NCBI GenBank assembly: GCA_965112735.1
Contig: OZ218954.1
Span: 4,030,001-4,094,000 of the forward strand
Direction: 5' to 3'
Source of the DNA: Phaeosaccion multiseriatum
Lineage: Eukaryota > Protista > Ochrophyta, other classes
DNA: 64,000 nucleotides
Shown piece by piece: positions 11,101 to 24,432 of the stretch. The number at the start of each line of letters is the position of its first letter. The first letter of the stretch is position 1. Both the position numbers and the translations under genes were made by a program. The notes beneath the pieces are model-generated. The model saw only the letters and a program-made list of their open reading frames with translations. It was not told the DNA's origin and searched no databases.

Positions 11101-12682
11101 CCGCTAAAGGCGAGGTCCCTCCCATCCCTGACGACGTGTAGGAATCGAACCCCCGACCAGGCCTCGTGAAAGAAGGGCACGAGGAGCATCGACACAGGCG
11201 CTTTGAGCCCCCACGTCACCAAGCTCGACGCACCACGGAGCTTGCGGCTCGATGTGACCATGTGGTCCTTGAGGACGTTAACGGCGTTGACGGTTTCGTC
11301 ACGCACCCCCCTCGGGAGGGACGCGACGTCATAGGCCGCGGACTTGGCTTGCTCCAGCACCGGATTCACAACTGGCGGCCAGCCCCCCTGGGTGTGGGTG
11401 TGTCCAGATGGCAGCAGGTGAGAGAGGAGGGGGAGGGCACATACATACACTCTCTCTCTCTCACACACACACACACCTATACTCTCCCCCCCTCCCCACA
11501 CACAGACTCACATACGCATACTCACCCACACACACATGTACACACACTCATACACATACACACGTACACACACACACACACTCATACACACACAAACACA
11601 CAAACACACACACCCACACACAGACACACACCCACACAAACATACACACCCACGCGCGCACACACACACACGGACCTTCTTCATGTACTGCGCGTGGACG
11701 TCCATAGTGCCCTCATCCTCGACCACCATGGCCACCCCGAGCTTCTTGAGCAGCGCCACGACGCTCCTGGTGCCTGACCCGTCCGTGCCGCCCACCACGA
11801 GAGGCAGAGCCTGCTTCACCAGCAGCCCGTCCTCAGAGACAAGAGACGGGCGAGAGGCCCCGGCCTTGAACTGAGGGGCCCCGGGCACACCTCCTGCCGC
11901 AGCCAGGGCCAGGCCCGCAGAGTAGGCAGCGGCGTGCTGAGTGTTGCCGTCGCTGCCCGGGGGGGGGAGGGCGGCGGCGGCAGGTGGTGGTGGTGGTGGT
12001 CGTGGCAGTATAGCAGTTGGTGATACAGCAGCAGGGTGGGGGGCGACGGGCGCTCGAGGGTGCGGCAGAGGCGGAGGCTCCTGCTGATCTTGTTTTGATG
12101 ACGTACTGGCCTTGGCGCCACCCTGTCCCTGCCCCCGCCCCCCCCCCTCTGTTGCTGCTGCTGCTGCTGCTGCTATATCACCAACTGCTGCCCCTGCAAC
12201 AACCGCCTTGCCAGTGCCGGCGCCAGTGCTTGCGGCCAGTGATGCCGCGGTGTCGGCCAAGGTCGCCAGCTTCTTCCTAAGCCTCGCCTCCTCCTCTCGG
12301 GCTGTGCTGAGCTCACTCGCAAGGCGAGCCCGACGCCCCTCGAGTTGCTTCTCCGTCTCCGTTAGCTCGGAGATGGTCTGGGGGTGGGGGAAGCAGACAG
12401 ACAGAGAGAGAGAGAGAAGAGGGAGAGAGAGAAGAGAGAAAGAGAGCGAGAGGGAAAGGGAGAGAGAAAGGGAGGGCGAAGGAGAGAGAGGAGATTAAAC
12501 GCGAGGGAAAGAGAGAGAGGGGGAGACAGACACACAGAGAGAGAGAGTGGGAGGGCGAGAAAGAGAGAGAGAAGAAAGAAGGAGAGAGGCAGTTCGTTGT
12601 TCTCCCAATACTTGATGGACCTGCCACCACCACCCCTACACCCCACCCCCGCAAAACCCCTATCCACCTCCACTCTCTCGAC

Positions 12683-12751
<69 letters not shown>

Positions 12752-13406
12752 TACACACACACATCCCCCCCTAAGGTTGATTCCTATCAGTCAATGAAGC
12801 CTGCTCCCTCGGCGGCTGAACTGACCCTCTCCTACCACCACTTCCTGCCCTCCTCTCCCTCCGTGGCGCAAAAACCTCAAGACTAAGCTTAGAATAGTCT
12901 TCACACACGAGTCTATAAGGAGTAGACCGATACAAAAGAGAGAGAAAAAGAAGCAGTTTGTCTCTTGTCTGACCTGATCTACCCCTGCGCCTCCCTCCAT
13001 CGTCCCTACTGCTCACCTGCCCGTGAAGCACCCCATCCAGCTTCTCCACGCGCAATCCATGCCCCCACCCTCCCAACCTTGAGCCATGCGAGGCGATCGT
13101 TGCTGTTGCTGCGGCGGCTCGTGTGTCTAACACCCTCGCCTGTACCATGAACAAGACAGCGCACCCGCTGGCCAGCAAGGCCACGACGGGCCACCTGGAG
13201 GAGGTCGCCCCGCCGCAGCCGCACAAGCCGCCACCGCTATCGTCATCATCCCTTACGTCCCATCCCCGGTCTCCCCGCCCTCCCCGGCCGCCGCTGCTGC
13301 TTCTGCTGCTGCTCCTGCTGCTCCTCCAGCTGCTGCTTCTACTCCCCATACTCCCGCTGCTTCCCCTTCTGTGGAGCGGAAGCGCTCCGCCTCTCAAAGG
13401 CGCCAT
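8176..13406 (-). CDS. Type II membrane sulfotransferase (Sulfotransfer_3-like) with C-terminal PAN/Apple domain; 10 exons
   Basis: Phase-compatible GT-AG exons 13406-13017, 12377-11676, 11387-11051, 10865-10717, 10555-10424, 10025-9959, 9726-9632, 9037-9007, 8790-8699, 8310-8176. TM segment PVVALLASGCAVLFMV; motifs LVVGGTDGSGTR, WGLKAP, FLHVVRDGRD; PAN pattern C..DYKGADI..CCEVC...CSTFTY...CYVKS. Confidence 0.85.
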
Positions 13407-14360
13407 TGCTTCCCACCACCGATCTCTATCTTTTTGCTCTCCGTTTCATGTGCCACTGATCCCACTGGAGGATTCTGATTTTTGGCTCGCTTAGCCGTCA
13501 CCGCTGTCGACTTCTTTAGCCCTCACCAGCGCAGCATTAGCATCCGCACCACCACCAGCAGTAGCGCAATCGCGTGAAGGAACAGGGACTTACTGCAAGC
13601 ACGCTCGAAGCTCTTCGGAAGAAAATCACGGTAATAAGTCAGCAATCGTGAAACCGCGGGGGAAGGGATGGGAACGGATCATCCCATCCCCTCTCACTGA
13701 ACAGGAGATTCAGAAGGGCAGATACGCTGAGCAGGAAGAAGGGAATCTCCTGATTGGTAAGACGGGAAGGAACCATCCACCTGAGTCTGGCAGCGATTTC
13801 TCTTCTTGGGCCGAGCAACAGAAGCACCACAGCAAGAGTGCGAGGGACACGACCTGCCCATTTGATGGGGTCTACTCCTTGACCGGGCCGCTGCTGCGAT
13901 GGTCTTCGCTACGGAAGGAGGGGCACCTCTGTGGAGCGCGAGGGGCATGGAACAGGCTCGGCTCAGAGAGTGATTTCGCAAGGCAATCGTCGATTATTTG
14001 CGTACCGAGGAGTCGATATGTCGCGAAGGAGGGCGAGCGGCGGCGACATGGTGGTAGGCGCAGCCATTGGAGGGCCTGCAATAGGTAAGCGAGCCCTGGC
14101 TTAATGGGGTGATAATGAGATGCGAGTACCGTATTCTCCACTCCAAGGACTGGGTCTCTCCCTCCCTCCCTCCCTCTCTTGATCGATCGATCCATCGGTC
14201 GATAGACTCTCTCGCTCTCTCTCGCTCATCTCTCGGCCTCTTTCCCTCCCCCCCCCCCCTCTGCGTTCTGTGTTTTTTTGCCACCCTGGACTTTCACCCT
14301 AAATGCACCCCGGTAGGAGGCGCCCCTTCCCTCCGTAGAAGCCCGGAAGCGTCCTCTCGA

Positions 14361-15274
14361 ATGGGGCGCCATCAGCAGCAGCAGCAGCAACAGCAACGAA
14401 GACCCTCCCCGACGGTCTACACTCAGCGCCGCAGCGCCTCCGAGCAGAGAGGAGCCTCGGGCACAGGGGCTGCCATTGCCGGAAAGACCATCGTGCTCAT
14501 GGCAGGAGAGGTACTGGCAGCAGGAGGACCAGCAGCACCAGGGGGAGTGGGAGGGGCGAGGGCCCAGCAAGAATGGGGAGCGGGAGGAGGGGGAGAGAAG
14601 GAAAAAGAGAGAAGGAGAGGCCCGCATTGTCAACAGCACGGGAGATCTATCTCTCATTCCGAAGGTGGACATGTTGGAATGGAACCCTCGTCTGGCCTTG
14701 CAGCGGTTGCTGGGACGGGGGGAGGAGGCAGCAGCAGCCCTCTGCGAAGGGCTTCATCCTCGACCGCCGCTTCTGCTGTGTCACCAGTTGGTGCGGCTAC
14801 TGCTACTGTATCACCAACTGCTGCTGGTGCGACTCCTCACACCCCACGAAGACGGAGCTCCGGAGGGGGGGGAGGAGGAGTGGGTGCTACGGGAGACGGA
14901 GTGGGTGTGATTGACAGCGGTCTACGAGGAGGAGGAGCACGAGGAGGAGGAGCACGAGGAGGAGGAGGGGGAGGGGGGGGAGGAGGAAAAGGAGGAGGAG
15001 GAGGAGGAGAGGCTTCCACCACCAAGTTGCCTGCTACGAACATACCACCAACTGCTACGGTTGTTGTGGCACCTGCGGCTGCTGCTGTGTCGACTCGCAG
15101 TACGCCCGTGCGAAGAGCGAGCAATGCCTCTTCGCCGAAGTCTGCAGCAGTTGGTAATACAACGGGAGCAGCTGGAGGAGGAAGTGGAGGATCCGGACGG
15201 ACAGGTGAGTCGAACAAGGGAAAGCGAGTGGAGGGAAACGCGTTACTTCCGACTTTCACGGACTAGCACCCACC

Positions 15275-15313
<39 letters not shown>

Positions 15314-15821
15314 TCGCCTTCTCCGAGCGAGTCGCTATTCCGTGGCGCCAACTCCTCCTCCTCCTCCTCCTCCTCCTCCTCCTCCTCCTCCTCCTCCTCC
15401 ACCTGCAGAGAGTCAGCTTCAGTACCCTTTCGAGGGTCGATCGAGTGTTGTAGCAACAGCGGCCGCCGCAGCGAGAGCCACGGCGGAGGCAGCGGCACGT
15501 GCATCTGCTGCCATCGCTGGGGTGGGCATCGCAGGCCTCCCTGCTCGTCATCTGGGGGCCGGACTCACAAATGGCGAGGCAGGGGCTTCTTCTGGGGCAG
15601 AGGGGGCATTGCATGGGGCAGGGGCAGGGGTCTCCGCGTCGGGGGGTCGGGCTAAGGAGGGAAACACTCAGCCTGCTTCAGCTGAGGAGAAGCAGCAGCA
15701 GCAGCAGCAGGAGCAGCAGCAGCAGGAGCAGCGGAAGCAGCAGCAGGGGCAGGGCACTGGGAGGAGGATTGGAGGAGGGGCAGAGGCCAAGGGGAAGGGG
15801 GCGGACGGAGACGGAGGGATA

Positions 15822-15852
<31 letters not shown>

Positions 15853-18800
15853 GAGGAGGAGGAGGAGGAGGAGGAGGAGGAGGAGGAGGAGGAGGAGGAG
15901 AGCAGGGATCAGCAGCAGCAGATAGAGAAAGAGGTGTTGCTCGAAGCGCAGGAGCAGTAGAGGCAGCAGTAGAAGTAACAGCAGGAGGAGGGGGAGGGGG
16001 AGGAGCAGGAGGAGGGGTAGGAATAGCAGGAGGAGGGGGAGGAGGAGTGGGAAGGGGAGGAGGAGGAGGAGGAGGAGGAGGCGGCGGGGTAGACTGGGAC
16101 GCAAGGGCGAGGAAGGAAAAGGAGAAGAAGCGAAGGTCCGCCCTCGGATTGGGGCGGGCGCTGCCCCGGGGGGGAGGAGGAGCGTCAGGGGGAGGAGGAG
16201 GAGGAGGAGGCGGTGGTGGTGGTGGTGGTGGTGGTGGCGGTGGTGGTGGTGGAGGAGGATATGGGGGAGGGGGAACAGCAGGCGACAGCAGAGGGGGCGG
16301 TGGAAGCGGAGGTGAGTTTCTGGAGTAGAAGTGTGTTAATTGGTTGTTCAGCGCAGCAAAGCGCGAGGAAGGTGTGTGTGTGTTGTGTGAAGGCGCGCGT
16401 GGGTTTTTGTGCTATCGCCACTCCACGAGGATATGGACAGAGATGTGTGTGTGTGCGCGCGCGTGTGTCTCTATTTGCAGAAATTCTGAAGTCGAGCATG
16501 TGCCTTCTCCCTCCCTCCCTCCCTCCCTCCCTCCCTCCCTCCCTCCCTCGCTCGCTCAGGCCAAGATCTAGTGCTCGCTATGGAGGAGCCCGGTAAGTAC
16601 GAACGAATGCGCCAACTCGGCAGGGGCTCCTTCGGAGGCGTTGCCCTCGTCAAGAGCTCCAGAGACAACGCGCTGTTCGCTATGAAGACGTTGCCCTGGG
16701 GGGACTCGAGGGAAAGCAAGGAGAGGAACCAGGCATTGGGAGAGGTGAGGGAGAGGGGGAGGCAGGGGGAGGGCAAGAGGAACGGGAAGGGGGAGTGGGG
16801 GAGAGAGTGGGAGGAGGAAGGGGACGGGGGAAGTGAGGGTCAGGATCAGGATTGGAGTGAAGCCGTGGCTCATGGGGCCCACCCATTGGCTTATGGGGCC
16901 CTCCTATGCACTCTCCTGACACCCCCTCCTCCTCCGAAACAGGTCCGGCTGATGCGAAAACTGCATCACCCTTGCGTTGTGGCTCTGTGCGAGGCCTTCC
17001 TCTCTTCGGACAGTCGCCTGTTGTGCATCACCATGGACTTCTGTGACTCCGGAGACATGGCACGGACGCTGGCGAGGGCGAGGAAGCAGTCAGCACTGCT
17101 CAGTGAGAAGAACATTTTGCATTGGTTTGCGCAAGTGTGTCTCGCATTGCACTGCTTGCATAAGGAGGTAGGTGACGGAGGGAGGGAGGAGGAGGAGAAA
17201 GAAGAGAGGGGGGGAGGGAGGGAGGGAGGGAGGGAGGGAAGGAGGGAAGGAGGGAGGGAGGGAGGGAGGGAGGGAGGGAGGGAGGGAGAAAGGAGAGAAA
17301 GGAGAGTAAGGGGAGGGAGGGGAGGCGGAGGGGAGGAGAGGAGGGGCAGTGCTTGCAGAGATTGGAAGGGACTCGAAGACCGGCTATTCGTGGGGCGGAT
17401 GGCACTCGAAGGCGCCATGCCATCCCCTCCCATCCCCCGTCATCCAATTCCATGCCCCTCTTGCGTTTCTTGTCCCTCCCTCATCATCACCTTCTCTCTC
17501 TTCCTCTCTCTCTCTCTCTCGCTCTCTGTCTGTTTCTTCTCCTCCCTCCTCCTCTCTCCGCCTTCCTTCCTCCTCTCCCCCCTCCCCACCTTCACTGCCA
17601 TCACCCGTATGACCGACAGCTTCACATGTTGCACAGAGACGTGAAGCCTGCCAACCTCCTCTTCACGGAGATGAAGACGCAGGGCCTCGTCAGGCTCGCG
17701 GACTTTGGGGTGCGTGTATAACATCTTATCTTCTCTTTTCTTATCTTACCTACTCTTCATTATGAGGATCTGTCTTACCCTCAAAGATATCGTACTCACA
17801 CCGCTGCTCCTCCTCCCCTGCCTCCCCCCTAACCCCCTCCTCACAGCTGGCGAAGAAGGTAGATGTAGACAGCCCCGGCTTCAAGAACGAGGTGGGCACG
17901 CCTTACTACACGTGTCCGGAGATGGTGCAAGGCTTACCCTACGGCCTGCCATCCGACGTGTGGAGCCTCGGAGTGGTGCTGTATGAGATGGCGGCGCTGA
18001 AGGTGCCCTTTAGACATAGAGACATTGTGCACATGGTGCAGGAGGTGAGTTTGAGCTTGAGGTGCATGTGTTTTGTGAAGTTGGGGTTGGAGTGGGCCAT
18101 CCCCCGGTGGGCCGGTATCGTATCACTAACCGCCGCCACCGCTACTACTGCTGCTGCTGCTGCTGCTCGCCTCGTGAAACAAGCAAACAAACACCTGAGC
18201 AATACCCCAACGCGACACCCACCGCATCCCATCCCACCCCATCCACTGCCGTCTCTTCTCTCCCATCCACTGCCATCCCAGGTGAAGAGCGCATGCCCGG
18301 AGCGACTCCCCGCCCGCTACAGCGACGGCCTATGGCAGTTGGTGCTCTGGATGCTCGCCAAGGACCCGCAGCTACGACCCACACTAAGCGAAGTACTCTA
18401 CTCTCCTCTGGTGCTGAGGGCTACAGAGGCCTTCATTAAAGGGTATAGGCCATTTTCGCAGGCGGAGAGGGTGAGGAAGGTGGGGGTGCAGACATTAGTG
18501 AGGCAGGTGCGGGCATGTGTGCGGATGAGAGAGGAGGAGGAGGAGCAGCAGTGGTTGGCGATGCAGCAGGAGGACGGGGGCGAGGGGAGAGAGGGGGCGG
18601 AGGGAGAGGGGGAGGAGGAGGAGGAGGAGGAGGAGGGGGAGGAGGGGGAGGAGGTAGAGCAGCAACGAGGAGGAGGGGGCGCTTCTGGGACTGATAGCGA
18701 GGAGAATCAAGGGGAGGAAGGGGCAGCAGGAGGAGGAGAAGGAGGAGAAGGAGGAGAGAGAGGGAGAGGGAGAGGGAGAGGGAGAGGAGGAGGAGGAGGA

Positions 18801-20987
18801 AGGAGAGGAAGAGGAGGAGGATCAGAAAGACCACCCCCCGGAATGGTCCCAAAGGCGGTGTTGGCGTGGGCCGGGGGCGATATGGCTTCCTTCGAGGGGC
18901 TGGAGTGGCACACGGAGAAGAGGAGACAGGCTTCGCAGCGGCTCTACACGGCTCAGCAGGGGCACCCTCCCGCTTCGACGGTGGCGGCGGCGGCTGACGC
19001 TATAGTTACAGAAAAGCAGCAACGGAACATGGCAGCTGATGGCGTTACAGAAATAGAGGATGGCACTGGAGGGACGGGTTTGAGCAGCAGCCTGAGCCCT
19101 CCTTGTCGGCGGCAGACCTTCACCATCTCCCCCGGGGGAGGAGGAGGAGGTGTGAGTGGCAGTGGCTGTACCTCAGGGGGAGGGGGAGGAGGAGGAGGAG
19201 GCTCTTCAACAAGAGCGGTGATGAGTTGGGCATCGGCTTCTGCCTCAGCCTCTTTTGTGGGCGCTGACACTGAAACTGAACCTGAGGCTGACGAAGAAGC
19301 TGAAACTGAAACAGAGGCTCTGGGCGGCGGGTTCGGGGAGAATGGAGAGGGGGAGGAGGAGGAGGGTTTCCGTCTCGAGGGGGAGGCCGAGGAGACCGAT
19401 GGATGTGAGCAGCAAGGGGGGGTTGCTTCCCTCCAGCCCTGCTTAGGTCAGAGCGGGGGGGGAACTTGTTCGCGTGTTGGTAATCCGGCACCCGTGCAGC
19501 GTCGATATCACAGCATCGCGCACACTCTCCCCAGGGGCAGGGATGCAAAGGGTTTGCTGGGGTTATGTAGAAAAAACAGTAGCTTAGGAGGTGGAGGAGG
19601 AGGGGGAAGGGGCGGGGAAGAAGTGCTAGAGGAAGGAGGAAACGAAGAAGACAAACAAAAAGACGAAGAGGAAGAGGAAGAGGAAGAAAATGGAGAAGCA
19701 GCAGCAGCAGCAGCAGAAGGAGAGCGAGCAGGAGGAGGACCGGGAAGTGCGACGGTTACAGCCGTCGCGTATCCGGCGGCACGCGTTGTCCGACGACGGA
19801 CGCTCCACGGGTACGCCGCGGTGTCGACCGAGTCCGCTCTCAGCGAGCCTCGGACTCGTCCAGGTGCCCCCACGCTGGAGGCGCATGCAGCCACATGTTC
19901 CCCTACCTTGGGGGTGGGGGCCCAGGGGGGCGATGGACATGTTTCCGAAGCGGCAGGAGAGGGAGAGGGAGAGGCAGGCGGAGGAGGGTCTCTTCCGAGA
20001 GCTCTCCCAGAGCAGCACTTGGTGATACAACAGTCCTTGCCTGTGTCCACTCTCGATACCGCTACGGCTGCTGCTATATCACCAACTGCTCCTGCCGACC
20101 CCGAGATTGAGACGGGCGCGGATAGCGAAGATGCTCTGGCTCCCGAGCAACAACATCAGCTGTTGGTGATACAAGGGCAAGGGCACGAGGACTCGGAAAC
20201 GCAGGTGTTCGGTGTTGGAGAGGAGAGACTCCTCGAGCTTGAGTCTCTCTCTCCTGATCGCTTTCGGGGTGGGCAGGCCAGGGCCGGTGCCTTCTGTGAG
20301 TCGTCTGTGGAGCTGTTACTCGGAGGCAGCAGCAGCAGGATGTCGACTTGGAGCCCCTCTCCCTCGCCCACAAAGGGGAGAAGGGGAGGAGGAGGAGGGG
20401 GAGGGGGAGGGGCGGGAGGAGGGCCTTCGAGTCTGGAGAGTAGGGGCTCCGTCGGAGAAGGGCTGTCCACGTGGGGCAGCCGAGCAACGCTGGGCTCAAG
20501 GGAAGCAGTTGGTGATACTGGAGTTGGTGATACAGCAGCTGATGGCGACGGCGGTAGTGCTGAGACGCTCCCAAGTGGGGCTGCTAAAGAAGGATCAGTA
20601 GGAGCTTTGGAATCCGTAAGAGGTAGAGTCACAGAACGGCAGGGCGGCACAGCAGCAGTTGGCGACTCAGCAGCAGCAGTTGGCGAGACAGCAGCAGGCA
20701 GCGGAGGAGGAGGAAGGTGTGCGCAGGTCCCCGGGGGGTATGATGGCGGCGGCAGCAGCAGGACCAAGAGCAACAGCAACAGCTCCAACAGTTTGGCGAG
20801 CCAGAGTACCAACGCGAGTACTTCATCTCGACCCGAGGGAACAAGCCGGCTAAGGGCGGAGCTCGACGAGGCCCTGGAGATGTCCAAGGTTATAGCGGAG
20901 GACAGCCCATCGGCTGCCTTCCCTGCTGCGGCATCCCTTGGATCACCAACTGCTGCACCGAGCTCTCCGTCCCACTTAGTCGTGTAG
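14361..20987 (+). CDS. NEK: NIMA-related (NEK) Ser/Thr kinase with very long low-complexity N- and C-terminal extensions
   Basis: Kinase exons 16560-16744, 16943-17167, 17620-17709, 17847-18044 and 18282 onward (GRGSFG, FAMK, ILHWFAQVCLAL, HRDVKPAN, DFG, GTPYY.CPE, SDVWSLG). Upstream exons 14361-15204 and 15409-16311 splice in frame (phase 1). An alternative ATG at 16580 is possible. Confidence 0.85.
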
Positions 20988-22320
20988 CAGTCAGTGTCGG
21001 CAAGTCTGTCAGTCAAGCGGGCAGTGGTCTTAGATTAGAGGGAAGTTTTGGACGGCTTTAATTAAACCATCATTTCGTATGTGCGTACTTAACTCACCAT
21101 CGGTAGCCCTAGGGGGCAGCACCAGCGGCCTCGAACTCGGTCCTCGCCATGCCCTCTCCTTTCTTTGTAACAAGCTATGTATAAACGGGAGAGTGATACA
21201 GCTATGAGAGCGGTGTCAATCTCCTTCCTTTCGTATGAGAACTATACTAAGCTAAGGCCTCTCCCCTCTCTACCTAGTGTGTGTGTGTGCGTGTGTGTAT
21301 GTTTGCGTACCACGTGTGTATGTGTGTGTGCGTGTGCGTGTGCGTGCATGGTACCGCCGGTTGCAGCTCGAGCAGCCTTGCCATAGATAGCGTTGTAAAT
21401 CGCATCCTCGCCAAGGAGAGCATGTAAAGAGTACCAAATCGGCGCATGGTCATGAGGTAGAGCCTCGCGTTGTATCTGGCCCATATCTATCGTCATACCC
21501 TCTCTTCCCCCTCGATCGAGGGTCAGGATGACGACGAAAAGGGGCCCTTCACACTTGTAAATTCTCTCCCTCACTCTGTAGCTCCTGAAAGGACACTTCG
21601 AGTTGCCCAGCACTCAGCAGACTATGTATCCCTCAAGTCTTCTCAAGGGTTTCATATCTCGTGGTCTGCTGGTCGCACACGCTCCTCCCTCTCCTCACCA
21701 TTTTTGAGGTGAACACTGCTGCCATTAGTGTTTCCATCTCGCCTCACCCCTTCTGCTCCACAGCACCTGCAATCGCACTCTTAGCTGCTCAACGTCGACT
21801 TCCATATGTGGGTCGCAGTCTGCTCAAAGCCATTCCTCCCTCATGGGCTCTTGCTCGCACACGCTCTTCCCCCACTCCCCCCTTGTTTGAGGCCCAAATT
21901 CCCGCCAAAGCAACGGACATTTCAGCTCCACATGTTAGCCCGCTATCTCCTAAGACCGCGCTCCCAGCTTCACATCGGCTATTTGACTACATAATCCGTA
22001 TTCAGCCCGAAGATAATCACCTCTTGTGTGAGCTACGCCTCTCTCTTTCTCCCTTGTTAAGGGGCAAAGATCTCGTCAACATAGCAGCACATTTCACCTC
22101 CTAAATCGCTCTATACAGACGCAACAATCAGACTTTAAGCTGCTCAACATCTATAATGCTGTCTTTGCCTCAGATCTCCCGAAGCGCTTCGCCTGTGGTG
22201 CTCTGTAGCGTGCGTAATACCTCTTTTCCTGAGCCCACTCGAATTTTGGTTCTACTGATTTTCTACTGACATTTATTGGGGTTAATTGACATACAAGGGG
22301 GGGGGTTATTTATTGACTTA

Positions 22321-22716
22321 CTGTGATTTCGCGGTTGAGTGGCACTTTTTACGCCCAATTACGCCCCATTAATTTTTTTTTACGCCAAATGACGACTTTT
22401 TTTACGACGTTTGACGACGTTTGACGACGCTTTAGCCCCCTATTTGACGCCCTTTTACGCCCTTTTACGCCCTTTTACGCCCTCTTCCGTGATTTTTTTT
22501 TACGTGATTTTTTTTTGCCGAAATTAAGGCGAATTAAGATAAAAGGGCGTCAAAGAGCGTAAAAGGGCGTAAAAGGGCGTAAAAGGGCGTCAAATAGGGG
22601 GCTAAAGCGTCGTCAAACGTCGTCAAACGTCGTCAAAAAAGTCGTCATTTGGCGTAAAAAAAAATTAATGGGGCGTAATTGGGCGTAAAAAGTGCCACTC
22701 AACCGCGAAATCACAG
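22321..22716. mobile_element. MITE/foldback element, ~160-bp terminal inverted repeats, TA target duplication (Tc1/mariner-type)
   Basis: TA|ctgtgatttcgcggttgagtggcactttttacgccc... pairs almost perfectly with ...gggcgtaaaaagtgccactcaaccgcgaaatcacag|TA. Internal 10-bp subrepeats (cccttttacg; gacgtttgac). Confidence 0.85.
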
Positions 22717-24432
22717 TAACCGGAGGATTTATTTCTTCTCCCTTCCCCCTCTCCTGACCCAAGGGGGAGTAACAGCCCCCCCCGCTGGCCCCAGGCACAC
22801 ACACCCACACACACCCACACACACACACACCCTCAGCCTTCCCCGGGGGGCACGTCCTTAACCCTGACGAGGCCCTGCAAGGGGCGGGGCCTCCACTTCC
22901 TTGGCCTTCCCCCCCCCCCCAGGGGGGGGGGAGCTGCACTTTGAAGGCAGCGTTGATTTGAGGAGGTGGTCGGAAAGACAGCATCCTTTGTGTGTAGCAG
23001 GAGCGACTGGTGGAGTGAGTGAGTGCGTGTGTGAGTGAGGGAGTAAGTTCGACGGGGGGGGGGTTGTTGGGGCGTGCTATCCGCCAGCCGGCGCGCTATC
23101 CGCTATCGGCCGGCGCCAGCCGGCACGCTATCCGCTATCGGCCGCGGCCGATAGCGCGCTATCGAGAATGTGGGCGATAGTGTGTCAGGGGTCGAAGTAA
23201 GTGGGTGGGTGAGTGAGTGAGTGACTGAGCGAGTGGCTGAGTGACTGAGTGACTGGTGACTGAGTGACTGAGTATAATTGAGTGACTGAGTGAGAGAGTG
23301 AGCGAGTATGTGAGTGAGTGGGTGGGTGGGTGGGTGAGTGGGTGCGTGCGTAACTGAGTGAGTGAGCATGTGACGAAGGTAGAGTAAGGACAAGGAGGAG
23401 CGCCAGGACGCGCTAACACAGCTGTTGACAGGTGCCTTGTTGGACTTGCAAGAAGGACCACGACCGACGCGCTGTGTGAAGTGACGAGACAGCAAACCAA
23501 TGAGCTATTCTTATTATTGTGCAAATTGTTCCAAAGCCTGGCTTCAACGCACACGTAAGGTACTACTTCGAAGTACTACGTAAGATACTGCTCCGCCAGC
23601 CTCGCCCCGGCCCTTCCCTCCAGCAGCACGCCAAGAGATGACGCAGGACAATGGCAGAGGAGAAAGAGGGGTAGAAACATGGCCCCCGTCTTACAGCGAG
23701 CCGCACCCCTCACCTCCCCTCCTCAGACGCGGTCGTTCTCACATGTTGGCCGTCCAAATTCCCCTCGGTGAGGGCGGACAGAAACCCTCACTGGGTCGAC
23801 CGCCGAGTGTCACGACCCCCTTCCCTCGGGCGCTGTACAAACAGCTGCTGCTGCTGCTGCTGCTGCCTCTCTGCTGTGCCCACCCGTAGTACTACAACCA
23901 AAATCACACTTGCGGTGTGCGTAGAATCAATCGCTTCCGCCTCGCCCTCCCCCCTCTCCCTCCCCTCCCCCCCGCCTCGCTCCCATTCTTCTCTCCTCTT
24001 CTCCCGCTGCCTCTCCTTCGGCCGGGTAGGGGGGCAACCCCTCCCGCGCTCCTCTCCTCTCATGCTGCCGCAGCTGCTCCGATTCCGGTCCAATTCCCTC
24101 CGATTCCGTTCCGCTGCCGCACTGCTCCGTTTTTCTAATCGTGCACTCCCTCCTCCTCCTCCTCCTCCTCCTCGCACTCCTCCTCGCACTCCTCACAGCA
24201 AGGCCAGTGGTAGGCCTGCGAGCTCACAGGCCCTACCCCTCTCCCCTGTCAGGCAGAAGAGCCGAGCAGCAGCACTGTGTTCATCAACTGCTGCTGCTCC
24301 TACTGCTTCTGCTGCTGCTGTACCACCAACTGTTGAGGCAGCCGCCCAGTCTCTCCCCCTCCTCCGTCTCGCGCTATTCCCACTCCGCCCTCCACCCCTC
24401 ATCCACCCAGAGGCCGCCGCCGCAGCAGCAGC

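Noticed and set aside
23638-24430. ORFs of 130-280 aa downstream of SAR1
   Set aside because: Driven by CTG/CCT repeats with no domain; probably UTR or intergenic sequence.
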